Of a DNA stretch of 64,000 nucleotides, positions 54,400 to 64,000 are shown one piece after another. Under the pieces are notes generated by a model that worked only from the letters and a program-made list of their open reading frames with translations, was not told the origin of the DNA and searched no databases. Source of the DNA: Paraspadella gotoi (Eukaryota > Animalia > Chaetognatha). The stretch spans positions 21,623,665 through 21,687,664 of the forward strand of contig CM119269.1 in the NCBI GenBank assembly GCA_051294375.1. Direction: 5' to 3'. How positions within the stretch are numbered: position 1 is the first letter of the stretch; each line of letters starts with the position of its first letter. Made by a program: the position numbers and the translations under genes.

Positions 54400-55520
54400 A
54401 GAGGGAGATTTCCAACAAAGAATTGAGAAAGAAGGTGGTCAGATGTGAGGACAGGTGAAGGTAAGGACAAGGAAGAAGAAAAGATTTGTTGAAACTTGAA
54501 AGGTGAAAAAAATTTTGAGGGAGAGAGAGAAAAAAAAAACAGAGGCAGAGAAAAATAATTACATGTAGCAATGTACAACAGAGTATAAATGAAAAAAAAC
54601 TTTAACACTAAACTAGTAATAAAAAGAAACTAATAATTTAGTTAAAAAACTAATTAAGAATGAAATGTGGGAAGGGAAAATAAGTTGTATTGGATAGAAA
54701 GTGAAAGATGTTTAGTGAAATTAAGATAAAGTAAGAGCTCAAAAAAGATCTGCCCCCCCGGCGTGGCAAATGTGGGACGTTAGCGATGTGATCGGGTTAT
54801 TAGCTTGTCATAGACTGAGAGGTATTGTAGTAGGCTGGGTATGATTCCCAAGGCCATTCTAATATCCCTCTGGCCTGATAAGCCTGCCGACGCCCCCTCT
54901 CGCCTGACGACGAGGCGGGCGATTATCTGTTCTGGCCTGCTTAGATTTTGAAATTTGATTTTGAGTTTGATTATTCTGCTCATAATGCTTAATAAAACAC
55001 ATTTACAATCACCAGGATTCGTAAGAAGAAGCCGTACATGGAGATATTATGTACATGACATTATGCTAAAAAATAAAATAACAATTAAAAATTATAATTT
55101 CAATTAAATAAATAAACGAGGAAATGGTAAATTTAAAAAGAAAAAATTTTCTATACAGCATCACTGCTTAAGTTTTATGATGGAACCTTTTTCCATTTTT
55201 AACCATTTCCATAACTTTCAATTGTTCAACCAATTATTTTCAATAGTTTTGAAGTATCTTTAGAATAAATTTCTCTGATGCAGGGGATACAGATTCCTCC
55301 CCTTCCTCCTGCAGCCGTCGTTTTGGGCGACGCTCGGTGCGAGGAGAGTCGCACCAAGTTGCTGCGGGCTCGGGAGAGGCATCGGGCGTCCATTGCCTGC
55401 TGAGAGGCCTCCGCCTGACCCGTTGAGTAGGGACAGGGGAATCACCGTGCGGTTTCGGTGGCGTTGGGCGTTTCACCTCCATTTTGATAAGCGAATCATA
55501 GCTTGGAGGGAGGTCGAATC
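54400..55520 (-). mobile_element. Second, diverged copy of the Penelope-like element, interrupted at about 54940-55280
   Basis: Blocks homologous to 49965-50795, e.g. 'cctgataagcctgccga', 'ttcctcctgcagccgtcgttt' and 'ttttgataagcgaatcatagcttggagggaggtcgaatc'. Confidence 0.8.
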
Positions 55521-55927
55521 GTCTGTTTTTTCCTAAATTCAAAACACAACGAAAAGAAAGAATCATAACAATTATAATCTTTAAAAAAATCAACTTTAAT
55601 ATCTTAGCTTATCATTCTCCCCTTTCAGTTTCGTCTTCCCTTTTTCCATTTTCTATGTTTCCTTTTTCCATTTTCTATGTTTCCTTTTTCCATTTTCTAA
55701 GTTTCCTTTTTCTATTTTCAAAGTTTTCTTTTTTCCATTTTCTATGTTTATTTTTTTCATTTTCTATGTTTCCATTTTATAATTTTCCCCCAAACTCCAT
55801 TTTCTTTTCTTTCATACCTTTTTCTTTCCACCTCTATTGCCATCACATTTTCTAATCCCCCTTCCCCATTTTCTAATCCCCCTTCCCCTTCTCCCTTCCC
55901 CATCCCCTTCCCCTACCCTTCCGCCAG

Positions 55928-56087
55928 AAACGTTCCCCGTTTTGCAGCAACGAATGCGACTCGTCATCCAGACAGAAATGCAATTGGCTCAGATGGAAGA
56001 GAGTTACTTGGACACTGAGGCGCTCAACATCGACAATTCGTTGCAACGCTGCAAGAAGCTCAGCGGAACTTTGCTCACAATGAGAAG
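55928..56087 (+). CDS. AIP3-domain exon
   Basis: 'ccgccag|aa' to 'gaag|gtgggt'. Reads TFPVLQQRMRLVIQTEMQLAQMEESYLDTEALNIDNSLQRCKKLSGTLLTMR, matching the family motif FP.LQ..MR....E...L.RCKKL.GTL..LR. Phase 1 in. Confidence 0.88.
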
Positions 56088-56253
56088 GTGGGTCAATACT
56101 TACCTTTTCTGAGGGCGGGAGGGGGATTTAGGGTAAGGTGTGAGGAGAAGAACGATCGTCAATTCGTTCTCAATTTCTGTCGAACACAATGAATGTCATA
56201 CGAGTTCCCTTAAAATATTTCACTGCTTTCTCCTCTCTCTCTTTCTTCTCTCT

Positions 56254-56336
<83 letters not shown>

Positions 56337-56355
56337 GTTTCAAAAATTCAATTAG

Positions 56356-56386
56356 CTTTCTCACCGAAGGTTACCATGCAATTTAG
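56356..56386 (+). CDS. Possible short terminal exon of the AIP3-domain gene
   Basis: After a (CT)n tract, 'aattag|c' gives a phase-2-compatible (S)FLTEGYHAI*. No homology support. Confidence 0.3.
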
Positions 56387-56420
56387 ATAATTAAAGAGAG
56401 AGAAGAGAGAGGAGAGAGAG

Positions 56421-56469
<49 letters not shown>

Positions 56470-56610
56470 TGGAGGGAGGGCCAATGAAAGGGGGATCGCC
56501 ATTGCAGCGACAAAAAAGAAGAAGAAAAAAATATCACCTTTCGCTCGTTTTTTTTTAAACCGCGTAATTGTTTCTAAAAATATTGCGCTTTCAAAAACCT
56601 GTAATACTTT

Positions 56611-56921
56611 GGCTCTCTTTTCCGAAAGCGCCCTATTTATGTATCTTAATCTTTAAACTTAGTTTTAATCTTGATATTTATCTTCATAAAACTTATAACT
56701 CAATCCTTATCCATAATCCCTAATCTTTAACCATAATCCCTAATCCTTAACCATAATCCTTAACCATAATCCCTAATTCCAACCATAAACCTTAATTTTG
56801 AAACCTAAAACCCTGAACGCTAATCTTTAACCTTTAATCTTTAACCGAATTCATATAAACTTAAAATCTGATTTTTTTTCCCAATTCAAGATGAAATCGG
56901 GCGTTTTGGGAAAATAAGGCC
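56611..56921. mobile_element. MITE (Merlin-like ends) with internal telomere-like hexamer array
   Basis: Inverted ends GGCTCTCTTTTCCGAAAGCGCCC / GGGCGTTTTGGGAAAATAAGGCC. Perfect 8-bp direct flanks AATACTTT (56603-56610 and 56922-56929). Interior is (TAATCC/TAACCA)n. Confidence 0.75.
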
Positions 56922-59900
56922 AATACTTTTTTTCTTCAAACTACCGTCACAACTCCGTCCATTTTTTAAAAAAATGTTTTTCTCCCCTTTTCCCTTTTTC
57001 TTCCTTTTTTTTCCTTTTATTTTCCTTTTTTGTAATGTCAATATCGTTGACCTTTGCTCTCCTTCGTCTTGACGTGATCTCTATCACCTGAACATTCTCC
57101 GTCTCCAACTCTTTATTCCCGACTCGAACTTGTCACGCTCTGTCGCCGCGGTTGTCACGTTATGTCACGCTGTCCGTGGCACGACTCTTCGACGTTTGTC
57201 TTGACCGTCACCGATCTTTCTTCTTCTCACGTGATGTGAAATTGTGACTCCGTCTTTTCTTTTTTTTTTCTCTCACTGTTATTGTCGTTGTTGTTGTTGT
57301 CTTCGTCGTCATTGTTTTTATTGTTTATGGTTTATTATTTGTTTTTATTATTGATGTTTTGTTTGTTTATTGTTGTTGTTGTTGTCGTCGTTGTTGTTGA
57401 TCATTTCCCGCGCCTTCTCCACGCGTTGACGTTTCACTTTTGTCATGCCACCCGTTTTCCATGTCTTCGTGCCCTTTATCTCTTCCCTGTCTTTTCCCCC
57501 CCACCTTTTCTGGGTTGTTGTTGTGAAATTTCCTGTCCCACCTTCAATGCCGTCGCCATGTTATCGCCATGTCGTCGCCATGTCTGTTTCTCCCGTTGTC
57601 CGAAACTCCAGTTGGTTGGTTCCAAGGCGGGTCAAGGCGTCCGGCGCTTCCGCCCGCCCTAGAATCGTCTCCTTTGCCGGATTTTCGGGAAATGCCGGAA
57701 AGAGCGACTTTTTCTGACGCGCTATACTGCGATATGCTGCGATTCGCGAATGAGATACTGCGATGCGGTGAGATGAGAAGTAGGGGCATCGCGAATAAAT
57801 GCTGTAAACTGTGTTGGCGTGATCGTGCCGTGGCCAGTGGCACTCTGGATTGGTGAACATGTGCTGCTGGAATCTTTAGCTGCTACCGTGAATGTATAAA
57901 GGGTTTTAAATGACAGACTAGATAAAAAAAACTGTTTAACAATTATGCCTTAGAACGTATCAAGATATCCGGATTACTTAAATATTCTGGGATGCTACAA
58001 TAAAGCGCGATGCATTAGAAAGCGAATTTCGAAAAGTCGAATCGGCATGCGAGCATGGCATGGTAATATCTTGGCAAAAAAGTCACGGTGAAAGTGACGC
58101 AATTCAATCCCTATTGCTACCTATTCAAGTTATTGTAAAACGCATAAGCAATAATTATCAACTTTTTAAAAAACTAAACCACGTGAGTAATTATTAGTCG
58201 AACTTTTACTATTTCCTATTTACTTATCTTTTTATTTCTGAATTAGATATTTTTTTCCTCAATCAAAAACTTTTTAAATCATTCAGTTAGTTTCAAGACT
58301 TAGCTTATTAACATTTGGTTATGATGCTAATTTATTATGGCGGTTGTTTTTTTTTTTTTTTTTTTTTTGCGATCCACACCAAATCTCATTTCAAAATTTG
58401 TTGCCAAAAATTAGTCTTTATTTTCAACATAGAGATGATCTTTGTAATACATGATTATGTATTAATATTGCCATAAACTTTTTGATTTTATATAGCACGC
58501 TGAGTACACGGATTTCAGAATGGAGAACAAAATCATCATTGAAACTGTAGCTCTAATAGTTATTAATTTTTTATTAAATTTGTTTAATTCTCTTATCTTT
58601 TTTTTAATTAAATTACTGGTGATTTTTTTTGCTGAATAATTTTATTAGTAAATGTAACAAAGATAAAAAATTCTCATCAAAATGTATTTATGTCGGTAAG
58701 ATATTCCTAGCTAAATCTTACAATACCCCAGACTAAAATCCGCGTAGATCGTCAATGCCTAAAATTGAAAAAAAAACAAAAACAATATCATGAATCATTT
58801 TGTTTTATTACTTATTATGTTTTCTTTTAAAAAAACATTCATTTCTTTCAATACAAAGCTTAGTTTTTGTTTTAATACCTTTATTGTAATACTTTCCCCC
58901 GCACGTACTATTAGACGAAATGTTGCAATCGATTCTAGGGTAATAGGTTTTATGCAAATCATTTGTTCGTTGCTAATAAATCATTTTTTTGAATTATTTT
59001 TACATGAACATTCGTTTCCTCACGACAACATGACTTCTTCCGCCTCAACTGGGTCTAACTACATCAACCCCGTCCAACCCCATCAGACTCGCCACAGTCC
59101 AGCAGCAAAAGTGAATCTCATTCACAATTGTTTTGTTTCACGCGAAGCAAGAAAATCACTTGTGAACTTTTTACGATTAGACTTCATGACAAAAAAAAAA
59201 TTCGGCTCATATTTCACGTATCATATTGTACGCTGCATTGTTGAATATATTTTAATCTACGTTCAAATTCATATAGAAAATAATAAAGAAAATTGTCTAT
59301 TATAGTTTGAAGGTTATTGATGGCAAAGGTTATGTAGTTCTTTGTTTAATAATAATTTAAATAGTTTGAAGTTATTCCCAAAATTTGATGGCGAAAAAAC
59401 AATTAGTGTCAGAATAAGTAGTTAAGTACTCAAATAAATTTTTTTTGTTGCTAGTATAACAAAAAACAATTAAAATTAACAAATATTTTTTTTTAAATAA
59501 ATTTAATTAAAAAAAATTACACGAGGGAAAAAAAGTGTTAGCGATTTAAGGGTAACAAAGTCAATGAATCAGTGAAAATCAGTGAAAAGTCAGTGAAAGA
59601 ATCTTTAGTGAAATCTTGCAGTGACTTGCTTTGAATTTATCTTGTACTATAAGTAGATGGAGGCTTTCGGCTTAATTAACCATAGCCAAGTCAGTTATTG
59701 AATGAATATAAAATTTTTAAGTTTGTTGTACCAATTTAACACAAATTTCGGGCATTCAAGCCGAATTCATTGATTATGATAATGGGTTTGAGTCAGTGTA
59801 ATGGTGTGTTAGCATGTATAATTAACTCCGACTTTCCACTCAATTGCTTGATTCACATCTTGCCTCAATCGTGTGTCCCGAGTTCAATCCCAGAGAATCC

Positions 59901-60411
59901 TGATTTTATCATAAATGTAACCAGCCGCGACATGGGGCGGACACTGAAAAACCTCTGCCCTCTTCGCCCCGGGTTTTCACTGGCGATGTCTCGCCAAAAG
60001 GAAATCAATCGAGAAAAATAACAACAACAACAATAACAACAACCGATCGAGTCACGATTTCCATGAGATTTGATTTTCTGGTCGAAGGCTGATTTAATGG
60101 GACGCTGCCGCTGCCGCTGCCCTCCCCGACGCCGCCGCAGCCGAGCTGGAGGGTGTTGAGGAAAGTCAAGCAGCGGAATCCGTTTTTGATTTTATTCATG
60201 AATCGATTGTTTTTTAGCCCAAGAAAGAATAAAAAAACTGATATCTGGAGGAAAGGAAAAAAATGAGAAGGAAAAAAAAGGAAAGGGAAAGTTAAAGAGA
60301 GAAAGATAAAGGGAAAAAGAGGGAAAAAATAGAAGATAATATCCCATTTTTAAGGGGACAGAAGATAAGAAAAAAAAAAAGAAAGAAGGAACCAATAATT
60401 CTGAAGGATGA

Positions 60412-60457
60412 ACTAGTCTCTTTGGAGGCGTGGGTTCGAATCCCACCGCTGTCACCA
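60412..60457 (+). pseudogene. 3' half of a tRNA-Leu ending in CCA
   Basis: 'ctagtctctttggaggcgtgggttcgaatcccaccgctgtcacca' matches the variable arm, T arm and acceptor 3' strand of metazoan tRNA-Leu (AAG/TAG type). The 5' half is absent. Confidence 0.85.
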
Positions 60458-60906
60458 CAAATAAGTAAGTAGACAGGGATTTCGAGACGAAATCTAAGTG
60501 AATTTTATACCTTCAGAAAATTGATCATAATAGAAGACGGTGTCAATTCTTGGGGCAGAGTGAATCAATACAGGTTTGAGTTCCAATTCCTACAGATACA
60601 TCGGATCGCAGGTCATGGTAAAAATCACCGGCGGATGGAAGCCCATCCGATCATTGGCCAGTTCCATTTGTCTCTTGACCAATGAGAATGTTCCATTCTT
60701 CTTCCGGCGGATTTCACCCGAGTCGTTGATCCGATTTAGATTATGGAGTCTTGATTCCTCTGCGATTAGATTGTCATCACAAATGGTCGGTCGGTCGATG
60801 TGAGAAATCACGTGAGAACCACGAAAAGGATCATATTTAGATAATTTTATGATACTTATAAATTACATGTCGTCAAATATTCTGGGAAATAATAAAATAA
60901 ACAGTT

Positions 60907-61110
60907 ATGGCGGACTAAAATCCACCAACCGTCCATCAGCGGACATTGGTGCCGGAGGCAAGTCATTCGCCTCCCAACCCAAAGGTCCGGGGTTCTAACC
61001 CGTTGGTCGCCTCGCAGTTACGAGGGACGTAGCGCTTAACCCGCCAGTAACACGGTGTTACAGCTTGATCCAAAGCTCAGGGACTGATTATATTGAACGG
61101 TTCTGTCACT
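60907..61110 (+). mobile_element. ~200-bp tRNA-head plus twister element, copy 1 (degenerate)
   Basis: Collinear with 61743-61945. Confidence 0.85.
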
Positions 61111-61742
61111 AATACATAACCATAATTACTGTCTCTTCACAGTGTTATTAATTTATTTTTTAAAGGATGGAGGCCCTAACCTATCTAGGCCTGTTGAAAG
61201 TCAAGGGCAAGATAGCTTATTTTTTGAACGAATGGCTAATTTTTGTAGTATTAGTTGTACCAATTTCAACCTCGGTCTTTGAGCTACCAAAAGATAAAAA
61301 TTCTACGACAGTAAGTAATTATTAAATAGCTGGATAGCTTGATTTTGCACTGCTCTATTAAAATCGAGTTAACACTTGCTGTGTAGCTAAATTAACAGAT
61401 ATTTTGCCAATTATGATTATGAAAGATAGAGATATAAAAATACGTAGAAAAAAGGGGAAAAAATTTAACGGCACCATTTCCCTAAACTTGTACCAAAAGT
61501 TTAATAACCAAACCTCGCCCTCATTCTTAACCTTTACGTAATCCTCACCCCTACTATCATTCCTAATCCTAATCTTTAACCAAATCTCAAAGTAATTACC
61601 TAACCGAATCCTTATCCCTAATCCTTATCCCTAATCCTTATCCCTAATCCTTAAAAAGCTAATGAAAAAACAGTAATTATTGTTATATGAAATTGGTACA
61701 ACCAATATAAAAATTATCCATTCATTTAATAAATAAGCTATT

Positions 61743-61945
61743 ATGGTGGACTAAAATCCACCAACCGTTCATCAGCGGCCATTGGTGCCGGAGGCAAGTC
61801 ATTCGCCTCCCAACCCAAAGGTCCGGGGTTCTAGCCCGGTGGTCGTCTGGCAGTTAAGAGGGACGGGGCGCTTAACCCGCCTGTAACATGGTGTTACAGC
61901 CTGATCCGAAGCTCAGGGACTACTTACAATGAACGGTTCTGTCAT
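61743..61945 (+). mobile_element. ~200-bp tRNA-head plus twister element, copy 2 (best preserved)
   Basis: Terminal hairpin TGGTGGA-ctaaaa-TCCACCA; tRNA-like GCGGCCA..TGGTCG with a CTCCCAA loop and B-box-like GGTTCTAGCCC; subterminal inverted repeat AACCGTTCA / TGAACGGTT. Confidence 0.85.
61851..61921 (+). ncRNA. Twister ribozyme candidate, type P5 permutation
   Basis: P5' AGTT, P2' GGG, ACGG, mini-P1 GGCGCT, TAA, P2 CCC, GC, P3 CTGTAACA/TGTTACAG, P4 CCTGA/TCAGG with loop TCCGAAGC, P5 GACT. Both pseudoknots can pair (CCG:CGG and GC:GC). Confidence 0.72.
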
Positions 61946-61974
61946 TACCACTTATCAATAATTANNNNNNNNNN

Positions 61975-62108
61975 CAGAATCGTTCAATATGAACAGTCCC
62001 TGAGCGACCACTGGGCTAGAACCCCGGACCTTTGGGTTGAGGAGGCGAATGACTTGCCTCCGGCACCAATGGCCGCTGATGAACGGTTAGTGGATTTTAG
62101 TCCACCAT
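61975..62108 (-). mobile_element. Copy 3 of the element, inverted, with the twister core deleted
   Basis: Reverse complement joins '...cagtggtcg' directly to 'ctcagggactg'. Both ends are retained. Confidence 0.85.
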
Positions 62109-62158
62109 ACTAACTTAATTCTGTAATTAAACTAAAATAAGTCACTTTTAAAAATTAT

Positions 62159-62311
62159 GGCCAATTTATCCTATAAAATGCATAGTGAATAAAAGGCAAA
62201 TAGAATTAATTATAGAATAATTCTTAACCTTAACCTTTAATCTAATCTTTAACTAAAATTAAATTAATTCCGAATTTGAGATAAAATGAGGTGTTTAGGT
62301 AAAATAAGGCC
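62159..62311. mobile_element. Third copy of the hexamer-filled MITE
   Basis: 'ggccaatttatcct' ... 'taaccttaacctttaatc' ... 'ggtgtttaggtaaaataaggcc'. Confidence 0.55.
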
Positions 62312-63640
62312 AAATCGCGTGGGTCTGTGAGGCTATCGGTCTGACCTGACCGTTAAACTGTTTTGAGAGTTAAAGCTATCATACAAGTAAACCTTTTTGG
62401 AGAAGCAATTATTTTCGAATCCAGTCGACATTCCAGTTTTAACGACAAAAACAAAAATTTTAGTTTTTATGTTTTTATGTCACATTTTTTATTAGATTGT
62501 GTCACTTCTAGTATTTCCTTTGCTTCTGATTAGTAACTGAGTCAAAGAATTGGGACCCCTAGGGGTCAGACTTTCTCCAAAGGTCGCCCCACTTTGTCTA
62601 CCTGCTCCTAAAGATTAGAAGAAAAGACTGGAGAAGAAACTAAACTCCATAGTTTACCTGCTGTACAGTGTAAAATTTACATTATTTTATTATTTCATTA
62701 CTTTATGACAGATTTAAAATATAATTTTGGGCTAAAAGGGAAAAAATGGAAAAAAAATAACTTGAAAACTCCATAGCCTAGCTCTAGTACATATTCAAAA
62801 TTATTTTATTTTCAAATGACAGCCAAATAGATTCTTGTTTCAATTTAATTGCTCATTCGAAGTTATCAATAAATCATGTTATGCTAAAGAAAGAAAAGTT
62901 AAAACTATTGAACCAGACCAGAGGTGGACGAACCGTCATAAATATCTCTGACTCTGAGAATTAAAATTTCGTTGATTTTCGAGGCAACTTTGCGTCGTCA
63001 AATCGTCAATTAGTGTCTAGCCTCTCAGCTCCTTTGCGAAATTATTTTGGGTATTTTTTTTTTTAAATATTTTTTTAAACTTTTTTAAAATTATTTTTGA
63101 TTGCCTGCTAGCCTCCCTAGGGTTTCTTAGTCCCGAATTGGGACCCTGGAAGGTCTTCCCCACCACGACCTTCAATTGACAATTTTCATGATTCAAGGTA
63201 GTTAACCCCCCCCCCCAAAAAAAGGTGTTAAGAGATGCGTATCATGATTTGAAAACCGGTTTTCGCTTAGAAAGAGAAATTGTCTCCTTCCTTTTTCGAA
63301 TTAAAAAATCCGACATGAAAACGAAACCCTTTTAAATTTTAAAATATAAGTCAAATTGTATTTATTTATAATAATTAAAATATAATAAAATATAATTAAA
63401 ACATTATTATGGTACGAAATTACACATACATTTTAGTAAGCCTTCTTAACTGATATTGTAACGAAAGATTATGTAAAACTACGGAGAAAGACTAAATGTT
63501 TAAAAGTAACGGGAGTAAGAAATTTCAATCACGTTATTTCGAATTTAACTATCCATCTTTGAATTCGTGATAGTAGAGATATTAATTTAATTGACAAATA
63601 CATAATTATACCGTTTCAGGTTTTATGACTTAACTAAACA

Positions 63641-63907
63641 ATGGACTCCAAAATCGTCCTCATTATTTTGGGAATCAGCATCGCGATCAACATCGGATTG
63701 ATCGTCGCCGTCATCGTCGTCGCAGTCGATCGTCCAGATGGCGACAACGATTCTGGCACCAAGAATGCCATCTGCAATGTGGCGCCTAATCCAAGCATAA
63801 AGCTGGACAATCAAACGCGCGAGGATAATCCGATCAAAGGCAAAGTCGAGATCACTGAAGAGTCGGACCATCGGCTCAAAGTCGCCGTCAATTTAATGGG
63901 TTTCAAG
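63641..63907 (+). CDS. First coding exon of a Cu/Zn superoxide dismutase-like protein (extracellular SOD type) with an N-terminal hydrophobic anchor
   Basis: Acceptor at 63619, ATG at 63641, ~25-aa hydrophobic stretch, then AICNVAPN...IKGKVEITE....LKVAVNLMGFK|gtga. This resembles the first beta strands of SOD3-type domains. The metal-ligand His exons lie outside the window. Confidence 0.65.
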
Positions 63908-64000
63908 GTGAAGAATTGGGGAAGAGATTGAAAATTGGGATTAAATTGGGGAANNNNNNNNNNNNNNNNNNNNNNNNNCGAGATTGAAATTGGGGAATTT

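Noticed and set aside
56690-56850. True telomere or chromosome-fusion site
   Set aside because: The hexamers are degenerate, short and enclosed by MITE inverted ends.
60907-61010. Functional tRNA-Gly gene
   Set aside because: The anticodon stem does not pair, the B box is altered (GGTTCTA), and it is embedded in a longer repeated unit.

Overview
AT-rich animal (invertebrate-type) genomic DNA, dense in (GA/CT)n microsatellites, from a gap-filled long-read assembly. About 1-37.7 kb is four overlapping renderings of one locus. Two of them (1-8687 and 11612-20298) look base-identical and share the same indel noise, so the apparent duplication is probably an assembly artefact; the cleanest copy is 29976-37695. 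That locus is a + strand multi-exon gene whose 3' exons (36297-36473, 36780-36916, 46423-46553, 55928-56087) splice in phase into an AIP3/Bud6-type coiled coil (SRCIN1/KIAA1217/CG32809 family). Two very large low-complexity exons precede them, and noisy lectin-like and kringle-like exons lie further upstream. A trypsin-family protease gene with a complete catalytic triad is nested antisense in one intron (38413-45138). A membrane-anchored Cu/Zn-SOD-like gene starts at 63641. The most notable non-coding signals are self-cleaving ribozyme motifs in small repeats. One is a ~200-bp element in three copies that joins a tRNA-like Pol III head to a type-P5 twister ribozyme fold (best copy 61851-61921). 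The other is a Penelope-like fragment with hammerhead motifs in inverted terminal repeats, inserted with a 12-bp target duplication into a foldback MITE. All calls were made by eye; no searches were run.
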